Below are positions 28,712 through 44,172 of a DNA stretch of 64,000 nucleotides, in pieces. Made by a program: the position numbers and the translations under genes. Source of the stretch: Cycas panzhihuaensis (taxonomy: Eukaryota > Plantae > Cycadophyta); NCBI GenBank assembly GCA_023213395.1, contig CM041465.1, positions 218,123,741 to 218,187,740 of the forward strand, read 5' to 3'. How positions within the stretch are numbered: the stretch's first letter is position 1; every line of letters begins with the position of its first letter. The notes beneath the pieces are model-generated. The model did no database searches, was not told the DNA's origin, and saw only the letters and a list, made by a program, of their open reading frames with translations.

Positions 28712-31700
28712 TGTGAGAGAATAGGCACAAATGTAGCATTAATAGGATCAAGATAAACAACAAATAACCAGAAATTAACACTGCACAAGTACACATCAAT
28801 TGACAGGTGGAAAACCCCTTCTAGGGAAGAAAAACCACCTCTTAAGTTAATTTTATTAATAAAGAATTTGAAACCACTATACAAAACTACCAACCCCTAA
28901 AACAGCCTTTAGTCAGGCATTTGGATAGACCTCATAGATTCCTGGAACCTACCCCATGAATTTAGGAGATGAATAAATACAACAGAGGTTTGTTGGAATG
29001 CGATTCCACATTTCAACGACCATCCACAAATTAATTAATATAAACATAAGTTTGAATATTAGAATCACTTAAATTACATTTAAGACATGTGACTAAATAA
29101 TAACTTAAAGAAACATAAATGAAACATAAACTTTACATTATATTTTCTAACATCCTAACATCCCCCTTTAATGTAAACTTTTGTACTGGAGAGAAAAGAA
29201 GAGCTTTATCATGGTGATCCCCCTTTGATGGAGACTTCTTTTATCTATAATAAATCTCTGAGATTTAAAAACTTTAGTTTAGTTAAAGACTTCGTAAGAA
29301 TATCAACAATCTATAAATCTATTGGACAATAAGACAAACAAACAAGATTATTAGTAACTAAATTGTGAATAAAATGTTGATGTAATTCAATATGCTTAGT
29401 CCTAAAATGAGAAGCAAGATTAGTAGCTATAGCAATTGCACCTTGATTATCAACTTTAATTTCAATTGAAGAGTTTAGAGACAGACCAATTTCATTTAGT
29501 AGTGATTTTAGCCAAAGTGCTTCTTTACTAGCTTTGACTAATGCTCGATATTTGGTTTTAGTTGTAGATAAAGTGAGTGCCTGTATTTTCTTACTGGACC
29601 AAGTAATATGTAAGGAATCAATAAAAAATATATAACCTGAAGTAGATTTACAATCATTTAAATCACCTACCCAATCAGAATTAGTATATCCAGTTAACGT
29701 TAGTGGTTTATTACAAAAATTATAAGTTAGGCCATAAAAGACAGTATGCTTAGATAACGTAAGATGCGTTTAGTGGCTTTCCAATGAGATTCGTGTGGTT
29801 GTTGCATATAACAAGAACATAAAGCAATAGCATAAGAAATGTTAGGGCGGGTGTGAGTAAGATAAATAAGACTACCAATGAGTTGTCTATATAGAGTTGG
29901 ATCATATAATAGAGTTGGACAATCAGTATATAGTTTAACTCCTGATTATAAAGGATTGGTTACGGGTTTATCATTTTCCAAGTTAAACCACTAAACTAAG
30001 TCTAGAATATACTTGGGTTGAGATATTGTTATATTTGAATGATTTTGATAAACTTGTAAACAAAGAAAGTAATGTAATAGACCTAAGTTAGTCATTTTAA
30101 ATTTGTCTATTAAAGTTGATTTTAGATTATGAATATTATGAATTGATAATCTAGTGATGATAATATCATCAACATAGAGGATTAGAATAGTAAGATGTTC
30201 ATTTTCACATTTAAAATAAAGATTTAGATCACTAACACATATAGTATATCCAATGTGGATTAAATAATCATCGACTTTGGTATATCAAACTCAAAGAGCT
30301 TATTTTAAACCATAAATAGATTTTTTAAGTTTGTAAACTAAATTAGGATTTTCAATAAATCTAGGTGGCTGTGACATATAGATCTCTTCTTTGAGATCAC
30401 CATTCAAGAAAGCACTCTTAACATCCATTTGGTGGATTTCCCAACCAAACTTGGATGTAAGAGTAATGATTGTCTTGATTATGTTCATCTTTACAATAGG
30501 GGCAAAGGTTTCATTATAATCAATGCCATCTATTTGAGAAAATCCTTTTACAATAAGGCGAGCTTTATATTTTTCCACTACGCCTGTTGAGTTATATTTA
30601 GTCCTATAAACCCATTTACAGGCAGCAACATTTTTCTCAGGTGGGAGAGGAACAAGATCCCAAGTTGAATTTTTAATTAAGGTATCAAATTCAGTTTGCA
30701 TAGCATTCTGCTATATAGGATTATTGTTAGCTTGTTTGAATGTTTTGGGATTATTATTATCTATTATTTTTGCCATTAAGGTAAAATTTGCATGTAGTTT
30801 TTATGCACATGTGTATCTGGTATCGGTAGGATTTTCTACATCATATCCAACATTAGCAAGTGTTTTGGTTGCCTAAATAGGTTGCTTGTGAGTAATTGTA
30901 TCTGAAGATTTAGGTTGATTTGATGAACTAGCCTGAAGGGAAGGATCTATTTGAGTGGGTTCAGATAGAGTCCAATTTGGACTTGAGTTGATAAAGAATC
31001 TATAACTTCTAAATCAACTTGTTTATCAGAAGGGTCAACCAAACGAGTGTTGGTTAACAAGTCTTCAACAGGAAGTTCTACATAAGTAGATGTTGAAGTA
31101 GATCCTTCTTTATCAAATATTACATCACGCAAAATAGAAATATTATGCGTGATTGGATCTAAGAGTCTATAAGCTTTACTCTCTTTGTTGTAGCCAACAA
31201 AGATGTATTTTTAACTTTTTTTGTCTAATTTTTTATGTTTTTCGTGAGGGATATGTCCCTATGCAATACTGCCAAAGATTCGTAAATGATTAATAGATGG
31301 TTTTCTTCCAGACCATTTTTGTTCTAGAGTAATGTTCTGTAGACATTTACTAGGTAAATGATTTAATAAATAATTAGAGCAGTTAATTGCTTCTGCCCAT
31401 AATTTTAAATCTAGATTCTTTGCATGTAACATGTAACGAGTTATTTCAATAAGATTATGGTTTTTGCATTTAGCAACACCATTTTGTTGAGGTGTGTAAG
31501 CAACAGAATGTTGGAACTGAATTCCATGTGATTTGCAGAAGGAAGTGAATTTTCTACTTAAATATTCCTTAGCATTATCAGATCGAAATATTTTGATTCT
31601 TGAATTTGATTGATTTTCAACTAATGTTTTATATTCAACGAAAATGTCAAACACTTGACTACATGTTTTGAGTATATAAACCTAACATTTTCTTAAATAA

Positions 31701-34310
31701 TCATCTATGAATATAACAAAGTAACGAGAACCGGAGTATGACGTTACATGAAAGGGTCCACATATGTCAGAGTGGACAAGTTCGAGTGGAGCAATTGCTC
31801 TGTATTGAGTTTTGTGTGGAAATGGATCCATGTGTTATTTATATGTCACACAGGCTTTACAAACACCATAAACAGTGTTTAAGGTTGGTAAGCCATGAAC
31901 CATTTTATGCTTCTTTAAATATTGTAGTTTGCCATAACTTGTATGGCCAAATCTTGCATGCTAAAGTTTGTTGACTGAGTCAAATTTGGCAATAACGTCA
32001 CTAAAAGATTTTGATTTGTTATTTTGAAGACTAGTTAGACTATAGAGACCTGTGTTATAATTAATAGGTCCTGAAGCAATACATTTGAATTTGTTTAATG
32101 GATCCTTAATGATAAATTTATTTTTCTAGAATTCGACGACAAGGTCTTTCTAGTAAATTTGATAGACTGAGAGTAGGTTTGGTAACAAACTAGGTACGTA
32201 AAAGATGTCCTTAATTGAACCATCTTTTAGGGTAACATCGCCAAATCCTTTGACTTTAAGTTGATTACCACTACTGAAAGAAATCTCTTCTTTAGAGTTT
32301 ATTTTGGATTGATAAGTGGTTAAATTTTTCTAGTGTCCAGTCATATGATGGGATGCACCAGAGTCAAGGATCCACTATGGTGGTTGATTTGAAGGAGCAA
32401 CAAATGTAGAAGTTGTTGTTGCTAAAGAATGATTATGAAATTGATGATTTTAGGGTTGTGATTGAGAATGGGATTGCAGTTTATTTTATAATCCCTTAGA
32501 AGCTTTCCATGCTTCCGAAGCTATTCTACTTCTATAGACATCAATAATGTGGCCTCTTTTGTGATAATAGGCACAACTAGTGTTCTGAGAAGAAGTTGCG
32601 TTGTTCCTATTAGAAAAGAATTGACTAGAAGTATTTTGGTTTTTAGTTGGACTAGAATATTTAACATTGTTTTGTGAATTAGATGGTGAACCTCTTTGAG
32701 GTTTCTAAAATTTTGGATTATTATAAAAATTATTATTCTGTTATTTATTTTTAAATTGTGGCTTAATTTTAGAAAATAAAGCTTGTAAAGGATCTTTTAT
32801 TGTACCTGATTGAATTAACATTGTCTGATATTCAATTAGCTAATTAGTCAACTGATTGAATGTGATAGGTGGATTGCCAACTTATTGTCTGGCAGTTTTG
32901 AAGAGATTAAAGTGCATTGGTAGTTTGTTTACTGCAAGACATACGAGCATGTCGTCATCTCTAATATGCGTAGTTATTTTTTTAACATCACCTTCTTTGG
33001 TTTTAGATTTGATGCAGTTATCTAGATCTTTATTAATTGATTGAATTTTAGTTAAAAAATCCTTAACATTAAAAAAATTGTCAAAAATCAGATTATACAG
33101 TTGTTGTTCTAGGACAGCCACTTGATGTGTATCAACCTTATCATATTTTTCTTGCAAGGTTTTCTAAACAGTGGCTAAGTCATCTTTTTCAAAAAACTAC
33201 GACTAATTTCTGGTGAAAGTGAGTTTAATATGGTGCCTAGGGCAGCATCTAAGTTCATTAGATATACCATAAGACTCTCAGTAGCATCTGTTTTTGGTTT
33301 TTCAAATTCACCTGTCACATATCGCCATATCTTTTGCTGTTTGAGCTGATGGGATATGCGGTTCCTCCATTCGGCATAGTTTGAGCTAATTAATACTGGA
33401 ATTGGAACACAGGTGACTGTCCTTGGCATTAATACCATATTGGGAGTGTTGAGGTTTGATTGTAGATTGAAAAGTTATGGAGGTGATTGGAAAAATAATC
33501 ACTTACTAAAAGGTACTAATCATGTTAACAGATATAATTCACTAAGACATTCTATTATGTATTAATTGTATTTAAGATAAAAAATCATGTATTTGTAAAC
33601 ATATGAATAAACAAACAACTTCTTAAAACGTTGCCTTAAGTAGTCCCTTTTGATAAACAGTTCTTTTAGAGAAATAGTCCCCCTTTGATAAATAGTTTAG
33701 TTTCCCTTATTCTAAATAAGTGAAAAGTCCCTAGTTAATAAACAAACCCCTTTTTTATAGAAATAAACTATCCCCTTTCAAAATAAAAAATCCCCCTTAG
33801 AAAAATAAACAATTTCCCTTAACAGAAAAAACTTTATAATTAAGGTATTTAGTTTCCCTTTTTATTTTTTAGAAATAGATATGTAATTTTAAAGATTATA
33901 AAAACTTTTTAATGAGAAGAAGTTAAAGTTTTTATAATAGAAAATGGTATAATTAAAAAACTATAAATTAAGTGTGGAAGGGAGGGAAAAAGTTAATTTA
34001 TAAATCAATAATAAAGTGTTGGGGGGGGGGGGGGGCTAATAATAAATGTAATAAAAAAGATATAATAAAAAAGAATGAAGTTGATTTATAAATTATAATA
34101 AAAGTAGGGGTTTAAGGTTATAAATACCTTATATAAAAAAAAGTTTAATTTTAACATTAAGAAAAAGTAATAGGGAGAGGCTTTTGTTTGTATATCAATT
34201 GTAATAGGTAAATTAATCTTTAATAATAAGATGTGGAGGTGATGGTGGCATCTCTTCGAAATCCTATCTTGTTGTAGGTTTTTAATCTTCCATGGCGGCG
34301 AAATCCTATC
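28712..34310 (-). mobile_element. Copia-3: younger Ty1/copia lacking its 5' LTR and PBS, inserted in the Copia-2 5' LTR
   Basis: 3' LTR 28712-29160 (TG...CA) and PPT TCCCCCTTTA (+) at 29161. It has the longest retained pol ORFs in the window. No second LTR copy. Confidence 0.9.
29240..33438 (-). pseudogene. Copia-3 gag-pol pseudogene
   Basis: ORFs 33175-33438 and 32882-33157 (gag); CAYYHKRGH zinc knuckle; WILDSGASHHMTG (PR, ~32340-32375); 31259-31654 (INT, RSDNAKEY...TPQQNGVAK); 30300-30701 (RT, KARLIVKGFSQ...HQMDVKSAFLNG). Confidence 0.95.
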
Positions 34311-37244
34311 TTATAAGTGACCCATCAATATTTCTAATGATACAATTGGCTGACTAAGGAGCACATTCAATAGACCCAACTTGATTATCAAACATAATTA
34401 ATTTAACAATGTGGGTCACCTTAGGGTATAAAATACACATGATGTACATAAAATTAACATATATTATAAAGAAATAAAGGTGATATTATAAAGTTTTAGC
34501 ACTATTTGCTTCTAAGGTCAATATGTCATTTGAAAGAAGTCCTTTTAGCAAAGGTATAATTACCTCATCTTTGCCTTTATCCAATATTATAAGTTTATAT
34601 AATTTAAAGCTATATAAATTGAATAATACATGGATCCGTATATAGGGTGGAAAATCAAACTTAAAGGCATTATTTCTAACTCACTATATTATTTTGGAAG
34701 GCTAATATCTTATGAGTTATATCTTTGAGTTGTTTCTAGTGAAGCCTCTTTTGGTAAATGAAGTTCTATCTAGACTCATACTTAGAAGTCATGTTCCTTA
34801 TATTTTCATGACTATCCTTATATTTCTACCAATGTTTTAGTAGTATGTCATGCACTTAGATTTGCACTTTCTTGATATCCTCTAGAAAACTTTGTGCCTA
34901 CTATTATACCCCTTTAGCATGTTCTATTCGATATGGGTGTACTACTAATTCTATTGGACAGCCAAGTTGGAAACCTAGATAAGCCTCAAATGGTGATTTT
35001 TATATAGTGGTGTGGATAGCTTGATTATAACTATTCTAGATATAAGGAATATTTTCATCTCATGCATTTGGATGATTATGATTATACTTCTTAACTAGTT
35101 ATCATTGTTCTATTTACTACCTCATACTACTCATCCATCTCTAAGTGGAAAGTGGTGCTTCTCTTTAGCATAGTGTCCATTCATGTTTATGATGTGATAT
35201 GATATTAGTAAGAAATATATTATCTAAATCTAAGATATTATATTAAGGAAGTCCAAAATAGATCATTATATAGGAAAAGAATAGTTTAGCTTCTTGTTGC
35301 TCTGTCACTATCTTTTTATAAGGTATCATAATTACCATTTATGATAACCTTTCGAGGTTGTATGGGGATTCCATAAGAAAAGGCTAATAGATATGCTCTA
35401 GCATTATAAAATATTAAAATTTTTAGGTAGAAAATTGATAAATAATAATTCTAAATTACAATAAAAATAATAATTTTTAAAGTAATAACAAATATGGTAA
35501 TACACAAAGGATAATAATAATAATAAATATAATAATTCATAGTAGAATAAAATAGTATTTAATAATTCAACTTATCTCTATTATAATGAGTTTCATAAGA
35601 TAATAAAATGTTTACTAGCACTTTAATCCCTCTTTGAAGTAAGGGAGTCTCTATAAATAGTGCCACCTTTTACAAGAAACAAGAGAAGAAAATCCAAAAG
35701 TTACTTTTTCTAAATGACCCACTTACTCATTATATGTGGGTGCCTCACCTATTTATTAATTATTTTATAGTGAAGTCAACTTCAAGTGAATGTAATTAAT
35801 ATTCTAAGGTGAAGTAATCATCCAATAATTTATATTTATTACTATAATCTTGAAAGTGATATAACTATCTTATTTGTCATCTATATAAGGTCCATGACCA
35901 CTCATTTTTAGCCAATGAGAAGCTCTACAATATAATCCATGTTTCTTAACTTGATTACATTTATTTCATATCATAATTATGAAATAATTAATCTCTTCTT
36001 AATCTCCAATCTATCTTTATTCACTTAGAGAGGCAAACATGTAATAATTTCTCTATTTTAACATGCCCTACGATCATAATTCACTTTCCTCTCAAAGTTT
36101 GTGCATATATTTAGGGGTTGGCTCTAGTTGGTCAACTTGGTTATAGGTAAACCCTCCATAGTGAGAGCAAAGTATAACAATTATCACTTTCTTGACATTC
36201 TTCACCTTCAAATCATTTTCAAAGTTAAGCATCAGTGAATGTAATGGGTTATCTCTTTTAATTAGGAATTGCTTACATACTTTTACTATGCTACTCTAAC
36301 GTATACATCCTTTTTCATGATTTATCTCTATCTCTATATTAGTATTGTATATTATTGATGGTGGTGGAATCTTGATTAATATAATTATTAATTAGACTTT
36401 CTTTCCTTGATTAAAACATTGCTTGAATCTCCCTAGTTATGGTGATGTCTCCTTAAGGTCTTTTATGTAGTTGACATCTCTTATTGTAATCTATTCACCT
36501 TGGTGTTTAAAATTGATAAATGTCCTTTGAAAGGTCATAGTGAATATACCTAAGTTTTAAAATCATTGTGACCCTAAGAGCATTTTGATGTGTTTAATAC
36601 ATATAATCTATAACATATGTGATCCTCTTAGATAATTACCTTACTACCTAGTGGCATTAGTAATTCATCCTAGGACCTTATGAATATGCCTAACTTCCTT
36701 GTAGTATTAGTATACAATAATTTTTTAGTCATGCTTAGATCAATAAGAGCTATTATTACATCCTCATTATGGATCCTCTTATCTTCAAGAATTGTAATAG
36801 TTTAAATGATAAAGCTATTACTAACCCTTTAATATTATGGTACCTTATAGTTTTATCTAAATACTACATCTCATTAATAGGATGTATTTATGTTTTATTA
36901 TTTGCACTCAAATTATTGATGATTACAATGTATTCTTACTTATGATGACCATGATAACCTTGTCTTCTATGTCTTGCATTTGGATACTATGAAGTCTTTC
37001 TAGTTCTATATCTAGTGTGATAATTGATTCCCCATTAAGGTGCTTATTTCATTTATTCTCCTCATCTTGACATATGGTCATCTTGTTCTTTATCTTATCT
37101 TCTTTAGTTTTCTCTTTATTAATGCCATCCCTTAATTAATTAAATGTGATTTTGCCTTGGAAAAATCCCAACATCACATGAATGATTATATCCTTGATAT
37201 CATCATAATACTCTCCTAATTTTTTGTTTAGAATATAATCATAC

Positions 37245-37788
<544 letters not shown>

Positions 37789-38392
37789 ACTTCTCTTATT
37801 ATGTATTGACCAATTTTACCTTTAAATTTTTTTCAAGTTAAATTTTGTCATGTTATGTTTTACATTATTCTTCCTTTCTAACCTCTTTATCTTTTTTGTT
37901 TCCTTTGTCTCATCCTATTTATCTTTCTTATTAGAGATTGTATTTGAAGACTTAGAAGATTCTTTGTCTTTAACTATTTGGCTAGTATCCTTACTATGAT
38001 CAATATAACACCCCCTTATTTTTGACATTGAATCTAGTTCTTCTTTGCATGGCTCTTGTACCTATTATCTTTATGCTCCTTATGATTATTGAAGTGCTTT
38101 TCTATTAATTTCCTTTATATTCTTCCCATAGATGGTCATTATTTTTGTTGCCATCTTATTCTTTATAGTTTGTATTTCCAAGTGTCATTATATTTCTCAT
38201 ATAATGTTAATTAATAATTTTTTTTTAGTAAGGTTTAAATAAATGTGGGGATTTAGAAGGGGGCCCCAACCCCTTTACAAAGTCTACCATGTCAGCTTTT
38301 TGGATCTATCATGACAAGCCCATGGCCTAGATTCAAATAAAATCAAACCTAATATGACTACTAAACCACCCCTACCACGATAAGCCCAATGA

Positions 38393-41300
38393 CTAGTTAT
38401 CTACATCAAATTGCCTATTTGCCATGACAAGCTCGATGGTTAGCTCAAAATACCTACCAAGGTTTATAGCTTCCAAATCTTTCTTAACTAGATCCATAAT
38501 CTCTTTAGGGATCATATCCCTCCAAACCTTGCTTCTTTTAAATTGGGCTCCCCAATTAGCTAGGCCATCATCCACCCTATTTCTTTCCCTATAAGTGTGT
38601 ATCACTTGAACATTTGCTCTCCTTTGAAGATCCTCCTTAGTATCATCAATCATAGCTCTGTATTTCCAACTCACCTCTGCTTCCCCTCTAATTAATTTAA
38701 TCATGTTCAGTGAATACTCTTCCAAAATCATCTTATCATGCCCTTCCAAGGATATAATATCCACAACTTTTCCCATCACATCTAGCTTAGCACTGTGATT
38801 AGTATGATTCCTGTAATAACCAACGAAGGCCTAGACCACCCTCTCTTTGACATTTCTACGAACTCCACCACCCCTTGCTTCACCAAGGTTACCTTTTTCC
38901 ACACCATCAAAATTGATTTTGACCCAACTCTTAGGAAGGAGGCACCATCTGTATTACCTTTTTAAATCATTTTTATTTTGACATTCCTAATTCCCCACTT
39001 CTCTAAGGTCTTCCTTTCCTTAGAGGAGATTAAGATTTCTTCCTCTTCTTTTAAGGTCTCTCACATGATAGTGTAGATCATTCCAAAAAGCTTGGGACCA
39101 TCCATGTATTTCTCTTAGAAAATTCTCCTATTCCTCTCTTTCCAAAGGTTCCACATCAGCATAAGAAGAGATATTATCCACAAGGACCTTAGAGTTCGAC
39201 ATCTAAAGGGGCTCTTCCATGAGACAACTAAGTCATTCACGTTACTAGGGGAGACCTAAACTACTCCAAAAGTGCTCTAGAGCAACTTCCATACCTTCCT
39301 AGAATAGGAGCAGTGTAAGAAAATCTGATCGAGAGACTCCTCCTCTTTTCAACATAGAATACATCTATTCACTAATGAGAATCCTCTTTTTCTTAGATTA
39401 TCTAGGGTTAGGATCTTATTCTTAAGGCATAAACACCAAAAGATGGATACCTTAGGGATTAGGCCCATATTCCATACACCTTTTAGCACCTTGTTTTTAT
39501 CTATTCCATTTACTAAGATCAAGAATAGATAATCTAATTTCACCAAATATTCCCCTAAGGGGGATAATGGTAAGATCATGGAATCTGCCTTAGGATATCT
39601 AGGGATATAACTTTTACCTAGCTTATGTCTGAAGGACTCAATCTACTCTTGGGATATCTAGGGATATATCTTTTACCTAGCTCATGTCTAAAGGCCTCAA
39701 TCTACTCTTTGTTCATATAATCATGAGGAGTGTCATCAAAATGCCTCTAGTTCTTTAAACTCCCTCAAGTCTCCCAGAAGTCCTTGAATTTCCTACCGTA
39801 TAACATTTCACATGTGTCTTGGATGGGGCCAATAACTAGTCTCTCCTTCATTTGGGATTGTCCACACTAGACATCCTCCCATAAGTTAATCCTCTCCCCA
39901 TCCCCTAAGCACCATTGAAATCTCATCGCCAGTAGCTTCCTCACATAGGTTAGGCTCCTCCATATCATAGAACCTAGCTTGCCCGAGAGATCATCACTTA
40001 GGTACTACTTGTCCTTGAGGTATTTTTGGGTTATAATCACACACCACATGATTTTATCCTTCTTAGCCACTCTCCATCCCAATTTAGTCACCAAAGCCTT
40101 GTTAAAGTAAGCAATATTTTTAACATTCAACCCTTAGGCCCATTTAGGGAGGCACACTTTCTCCCAAGCCACTAAATAAATTCTATCCCTTTCCTTTACT
40201 TTAGACCACAAGAACCTTTTTTTAATAGATTCTAAGGCATTAATCACCTTTGCTAGACATCTGAATAGTGACATCATATTAGTAGGGACACTTTAGAGAG
40301 AGTCCACCAATAGATGAAGTTTTCCTACTTGAGTGAGGAGAGCTCCCTTCTAGCCATCCAACTTCCCTTACACTCAGTAAATAGTCATGTTCCACAGATC
40401 CTTCTTTGTTCTACCCACAAATAGTAACATGCTAAGGAATAGAGTCAAGAGCTTCTTAATAGGAATTTTAAGAATCTTACTAATAGCTCTTTGGGTTCTC
40501 TCCATGGTGTTTAGGAAATATATGTTGCTCTTATTAAGATTTATCTTCTGGTTTATCATAGCCTCAAACCTTTTGAGCTCACTCTTTATGGCTCTAGCTT
40601 ATGCAATGGCAGCCCTCCCTAGCAAAATATTATCATCCATAAAATGATGATAAACTATATTATCCACCCCTGAGGTAGGTTTTAAACCCATAATATTACC
40701 TACCTTCCTGGCCTCCTCCATACACCTTCCCATCAATTTTGCCATGATAATGAAAAGGTATGGGGCTAAGGGGTCCCCTTGCCTCAAACCTCTAAAGCTT
40801 AGGAAAAAAGTTGTTGAAGTTCCATTAGTAATCATAAAGAATTTTTGATTTCACATATAGCTATTTATCCAACTCACCCAATGGTCTACAGAGCTAAAAT
40901 CTTTAATGCAATCCATTAGGAACTCCCACAACACCCTATTGTAGGCCTTAGAAAGGTTAATTCTTACCATCATCCCATGCTCTTTCTTCTAAGAGGTCAA
41001 ATAGATAGTTTTATGGATCATAATTATTCCATCCAATATCAATATGTCTTTTATGAAATCATCCTAATTAGGTGATATAACCATAAGAAGGGTGATCTTA
41101 AGCCTATTGGCTAATATCTAAGATAGAATTTTATACTTCACGTTATAGAGACTAATGGGTCTAAAGTCCTCCATCCTTTTTACATCTCCTTTCTTTAGAA
41201 TTAGGACCAAGAAGGTAGCTTGCCATTCTCCATGGATCTTGCCATTCTCAAAGAATTTTATAATGACCTCTAAAAGATCATCTTTAATAATATCCTAATA

Positions 41301-42719
41301 TTCTTAGAAAAAACCAAGGGAGGAGCCATCTGGACTAGGCACTTTCTCCCTCTTTATACTGAAGATAACTCTTTTAACTTCTTCCAATGAGAATGGGGCT
41401 TCTAAAACTCTGTTTATTTCTCCTCCTATAATCTTAAGAATTAGGCCAAGTAGCTTTCTCATGGCCCCCCTATCCTAACAATCGGGTTTATTGAACATAT
41501 CTTTAAAGTAGTCCACTACTACTTCTATTATGCCTCCCTACTTTAAAATTTCCTCACCATCCTTATTAACCAAAACCTTGATTTGGTTTTGGGATCTGTG
41601 TTTCAATGTTTTCATGTAGAAGAATTTTGTATTTTTATCTCTCTCCCTTAACCACAGGTCTCCAGATTTTTACCTCTAATGGATCTCCTCCTTTAGAAGG
41701 ATATCCTCCAACTTAGAAAGGAGGCCTCTCTCATTCTAGTATAGGGATTGGGACCTCCCTTCCTCTTATATTTTTTCCTCTAGCTCCTTGAGCTCCCTCA
41801 GGATCTTATTCTTTATTTCAAAAATGTTCCCATGGGATCTCTTATTACACTCTTTAACCTAATATTTCACCCAATTCAACTTCTTAAAGAACCTTAACAT
41901 CACACAACCTTCCACTAAAATCATCCACCAATCTTTAATAAGCTCTTGAAGGTATAGGTCCTTTATCCACATAAGCTTGAAGCAAAAGTGGGCTCTCATA
42001 TATCTCTTGTTATTGGCAAATCCTAGCACCAATGGGGAATGATCTGAAACCATCTTTGGCATGGCTTCTAGGATTATATTACTATACTAACTTGCCCAAG
42101 CATAGTTCACTAAAATTTTATCTAATTTGACTTGAATATGGTTGGATCCTAGCCTTCTATTAGACTAGGTAAACTTTAGGCCCCTAAGAAAGATGTCCAT
42201 CATACCTACCTTCTGCATGAATTCCTTTAGGTCTTCCATGTTCTTTGTCCAACCTCTGTAACTGGTCTTTCTTCTCTTTAGAGGACATGGTTGTATTGAA
42301 ATCCCTAACTATTAACTAGGTCCCCTCCATTCTTTAAAGGCATCTAACATCCTGTTCCATAGACATTTCCCCCCTTATTACGTAAAGGGAGCATAAATAT
42401 TTAAGACCAGTCATTTAAGTTTTGAATTCTTATAGGTCATCCAATAGGAAATGAAATGGTCCTCTGTGAGGATTACCTTTCCCTCCCAGCCTCTAGGATT
42501 CTACATGATGGCCAAGCCACCTAATCCCCTATGCCCATCCTTAGCAATCTAATTAGCCCTCTTCTAGGCTTTATTCTTAATTTTATCCCTATTAACTACT
42601 TCTAATTTTATTTCCTAGAGGAGGAGCATATCCAGATCCAAGTGAGCATAGAAATCTCTAACCATTCTAAAATTTGATAGGGCATTTATGCCTCAAATAT
42701 TCTAGGAGATGAGTTTCAT
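38393..42719 (-). pseudogene. LINE ORF2 pseudogene: APE endonuclease, RT, zf-RVT, RNase H
   Basis: Starts MKLIS*NI*GINA; SDHSPL (APE end); FRPISLYNV; RGLRQGDPLAPYLF..HFMDD (RT); KILTLDNLRKRG..RCILC (zf-RVT); KINFDG...HTYRERNRVDDGLAN (RNase H). Confidence 0.95.
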
Positions 42720-43579
42720 AGTTGCACTACCCCCTTCTTCCTCGTACCTCATTATATTTTATCTCTTAATCTAGGGCCTAGTCTATTACAAACCTCTTAA
42801 GGAGTTAACTAACTAATTATTATGTGAAAAGGTGCCTCGTGAGTAGTTGCGACCTTATATAAAAAGGGATTTATTATGCACATATAAATATATGCCTCAA
42901 TTGTATTGTTAAACATTCATTCATTCATTCATCCTTTATCAATCAATTATTGAGTTATTTGACTATAAACTCTTTCAGTGAATTCTTGTGATCTCTCTCA
43001 TGCATTTGGGTATTGTCATTAGGTTACGAACTGGGTTCGTAACAATTGGTATTAGAGTAATATACTCCAAGAAAATTAAGAAATGAAGATTGACGACCAA
43101 AATTCTAATGAAACCCCTCAAAGGGGGTACTTGTTTTAATCATCACCTCATGATCTATCCACTTACAAAGTTTGGGAGAAATTAGATTCTTTTGTATAGA
43201 GAAAAACCCTTTTGAAATTATAAAAAATCATCTTACGTAAAGTTGCACATTACTTAATGTAAGAATATTCTAAAGAATATTCCCTTTTTAATTATTTTGC
43301 AACATTAGAAAAAGGGTATATCATTTTGTTTTGACCATAACTTGAGCATATGGTGTCCATTTTTCAAAAATTTTATATCGTTGAAAATCTAATTTTGAGA
43401 ACAATCTATTAGTGGTATTATTGCTTAGATTTGAAGTCTTTTTTATCAAGTTTTAGGCTATTGAAATTAACCTTAAAAAATATATAATATTAAGCATATT
43501 TTATTGAAGAAGGGAGGTATACACCATTACTGATAATTTACATAATGCTAATAAGATACTTAGAAAATAAGGCAATAAA

Positions 43580-44172
43580 ATGGGACTATTATTTTAAGGA
43601 ATAAGATTTGTGTTAGTAGGATTTGATCCTATAACACAAAACAAATATACAACAGAGCTTGTGTACAATGGGGCATTTAATATGAGACAATATGATGTAA
43701 GTTGTACTCACATTATTGTCTATCAATCATCATATTATAACCCTATTTGCACTATGGCTAGGAAAGATAGGAAGGTATTGGTCATACACTTATGGGTTAA
43801 AGATAGTTTGGCCAATGGAGTACTTTCAAATACTGATAAAATATTGTACAAACCTATAAGAAATATGTTGGGCATTTTTGGTAGTGCATCCTTATGTATT
43901 TGCTTAATCGGATATTAAGGTCAAGATCATTATGACATTATAAGAATGGTTGAATAACGAGAGCATAATTTATAAATCTGTTGATTACGAGACAAGTGAC
44001 ACATCTCATTTATTATAAACATAAAGGTGATAAGTACAAAGTTGTTAAACAAATAGGAATAAAGTTAGTCAATCACCATTAGCTTAAAGACTATTTGAAG
44101 GCTTGGGCAATACTTCTTAAAGAAAACTACTTCAAAAGTGGATGGGAGCTAGAAGTGTTGGAAGCAAAGGCT
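43580..44172 (+). pseudogene. Intronless copy of the N-terminal tandem BRCT region of a plant At4g02110-like BRCT-domain protein (4 stops, 1 frameshift near 43955)
   Basis: MGLLF*GIRFVLVGFDP...YDVSCTHIIV...PICTMARKDRKVLVIHLWVKDS...LYKPIRNMLGIFGSASLCICLIGY*GQD..IIRMV/..RQVTHLIYYKHKGDKYKVVKQIGIKLVNHH*LKDYLKAWAILLKENYFKSGWELEVLEAKA is colinear with At4g02110 orthologues as recalled (FxGVRFVLxGFDP, CTHVIV, CLTGYQ, VTHLICYKFEGEKY, LVNHRWLEDCL, SGYELEMMEAEA). Confidence 0.9.

Larger units (their letters stand above)
22587..34501 (-). mobile_element. Copia-2: Ty1/copia with internally deleted RT/RNase H; 5' LTR split by Copia-3
   Basis: Perfect TSD CTATT (22582-22586 and 34502-34506). 3' LTR 22587-22970, PPT at 22971-22980, PBS GCTCTAATAGCA (+ strand) at 28527-28538, 5' LTR halves 28539-28711 and ~34311-34501. 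Confidence 0.93.

Noticed and set aside
28990-29015. Hairpin TGGAAT-GCG-ATTCCA in the Copia-3 LTR as an ncRNA or terminator
   Set aside because: The stem is too short to be significant.
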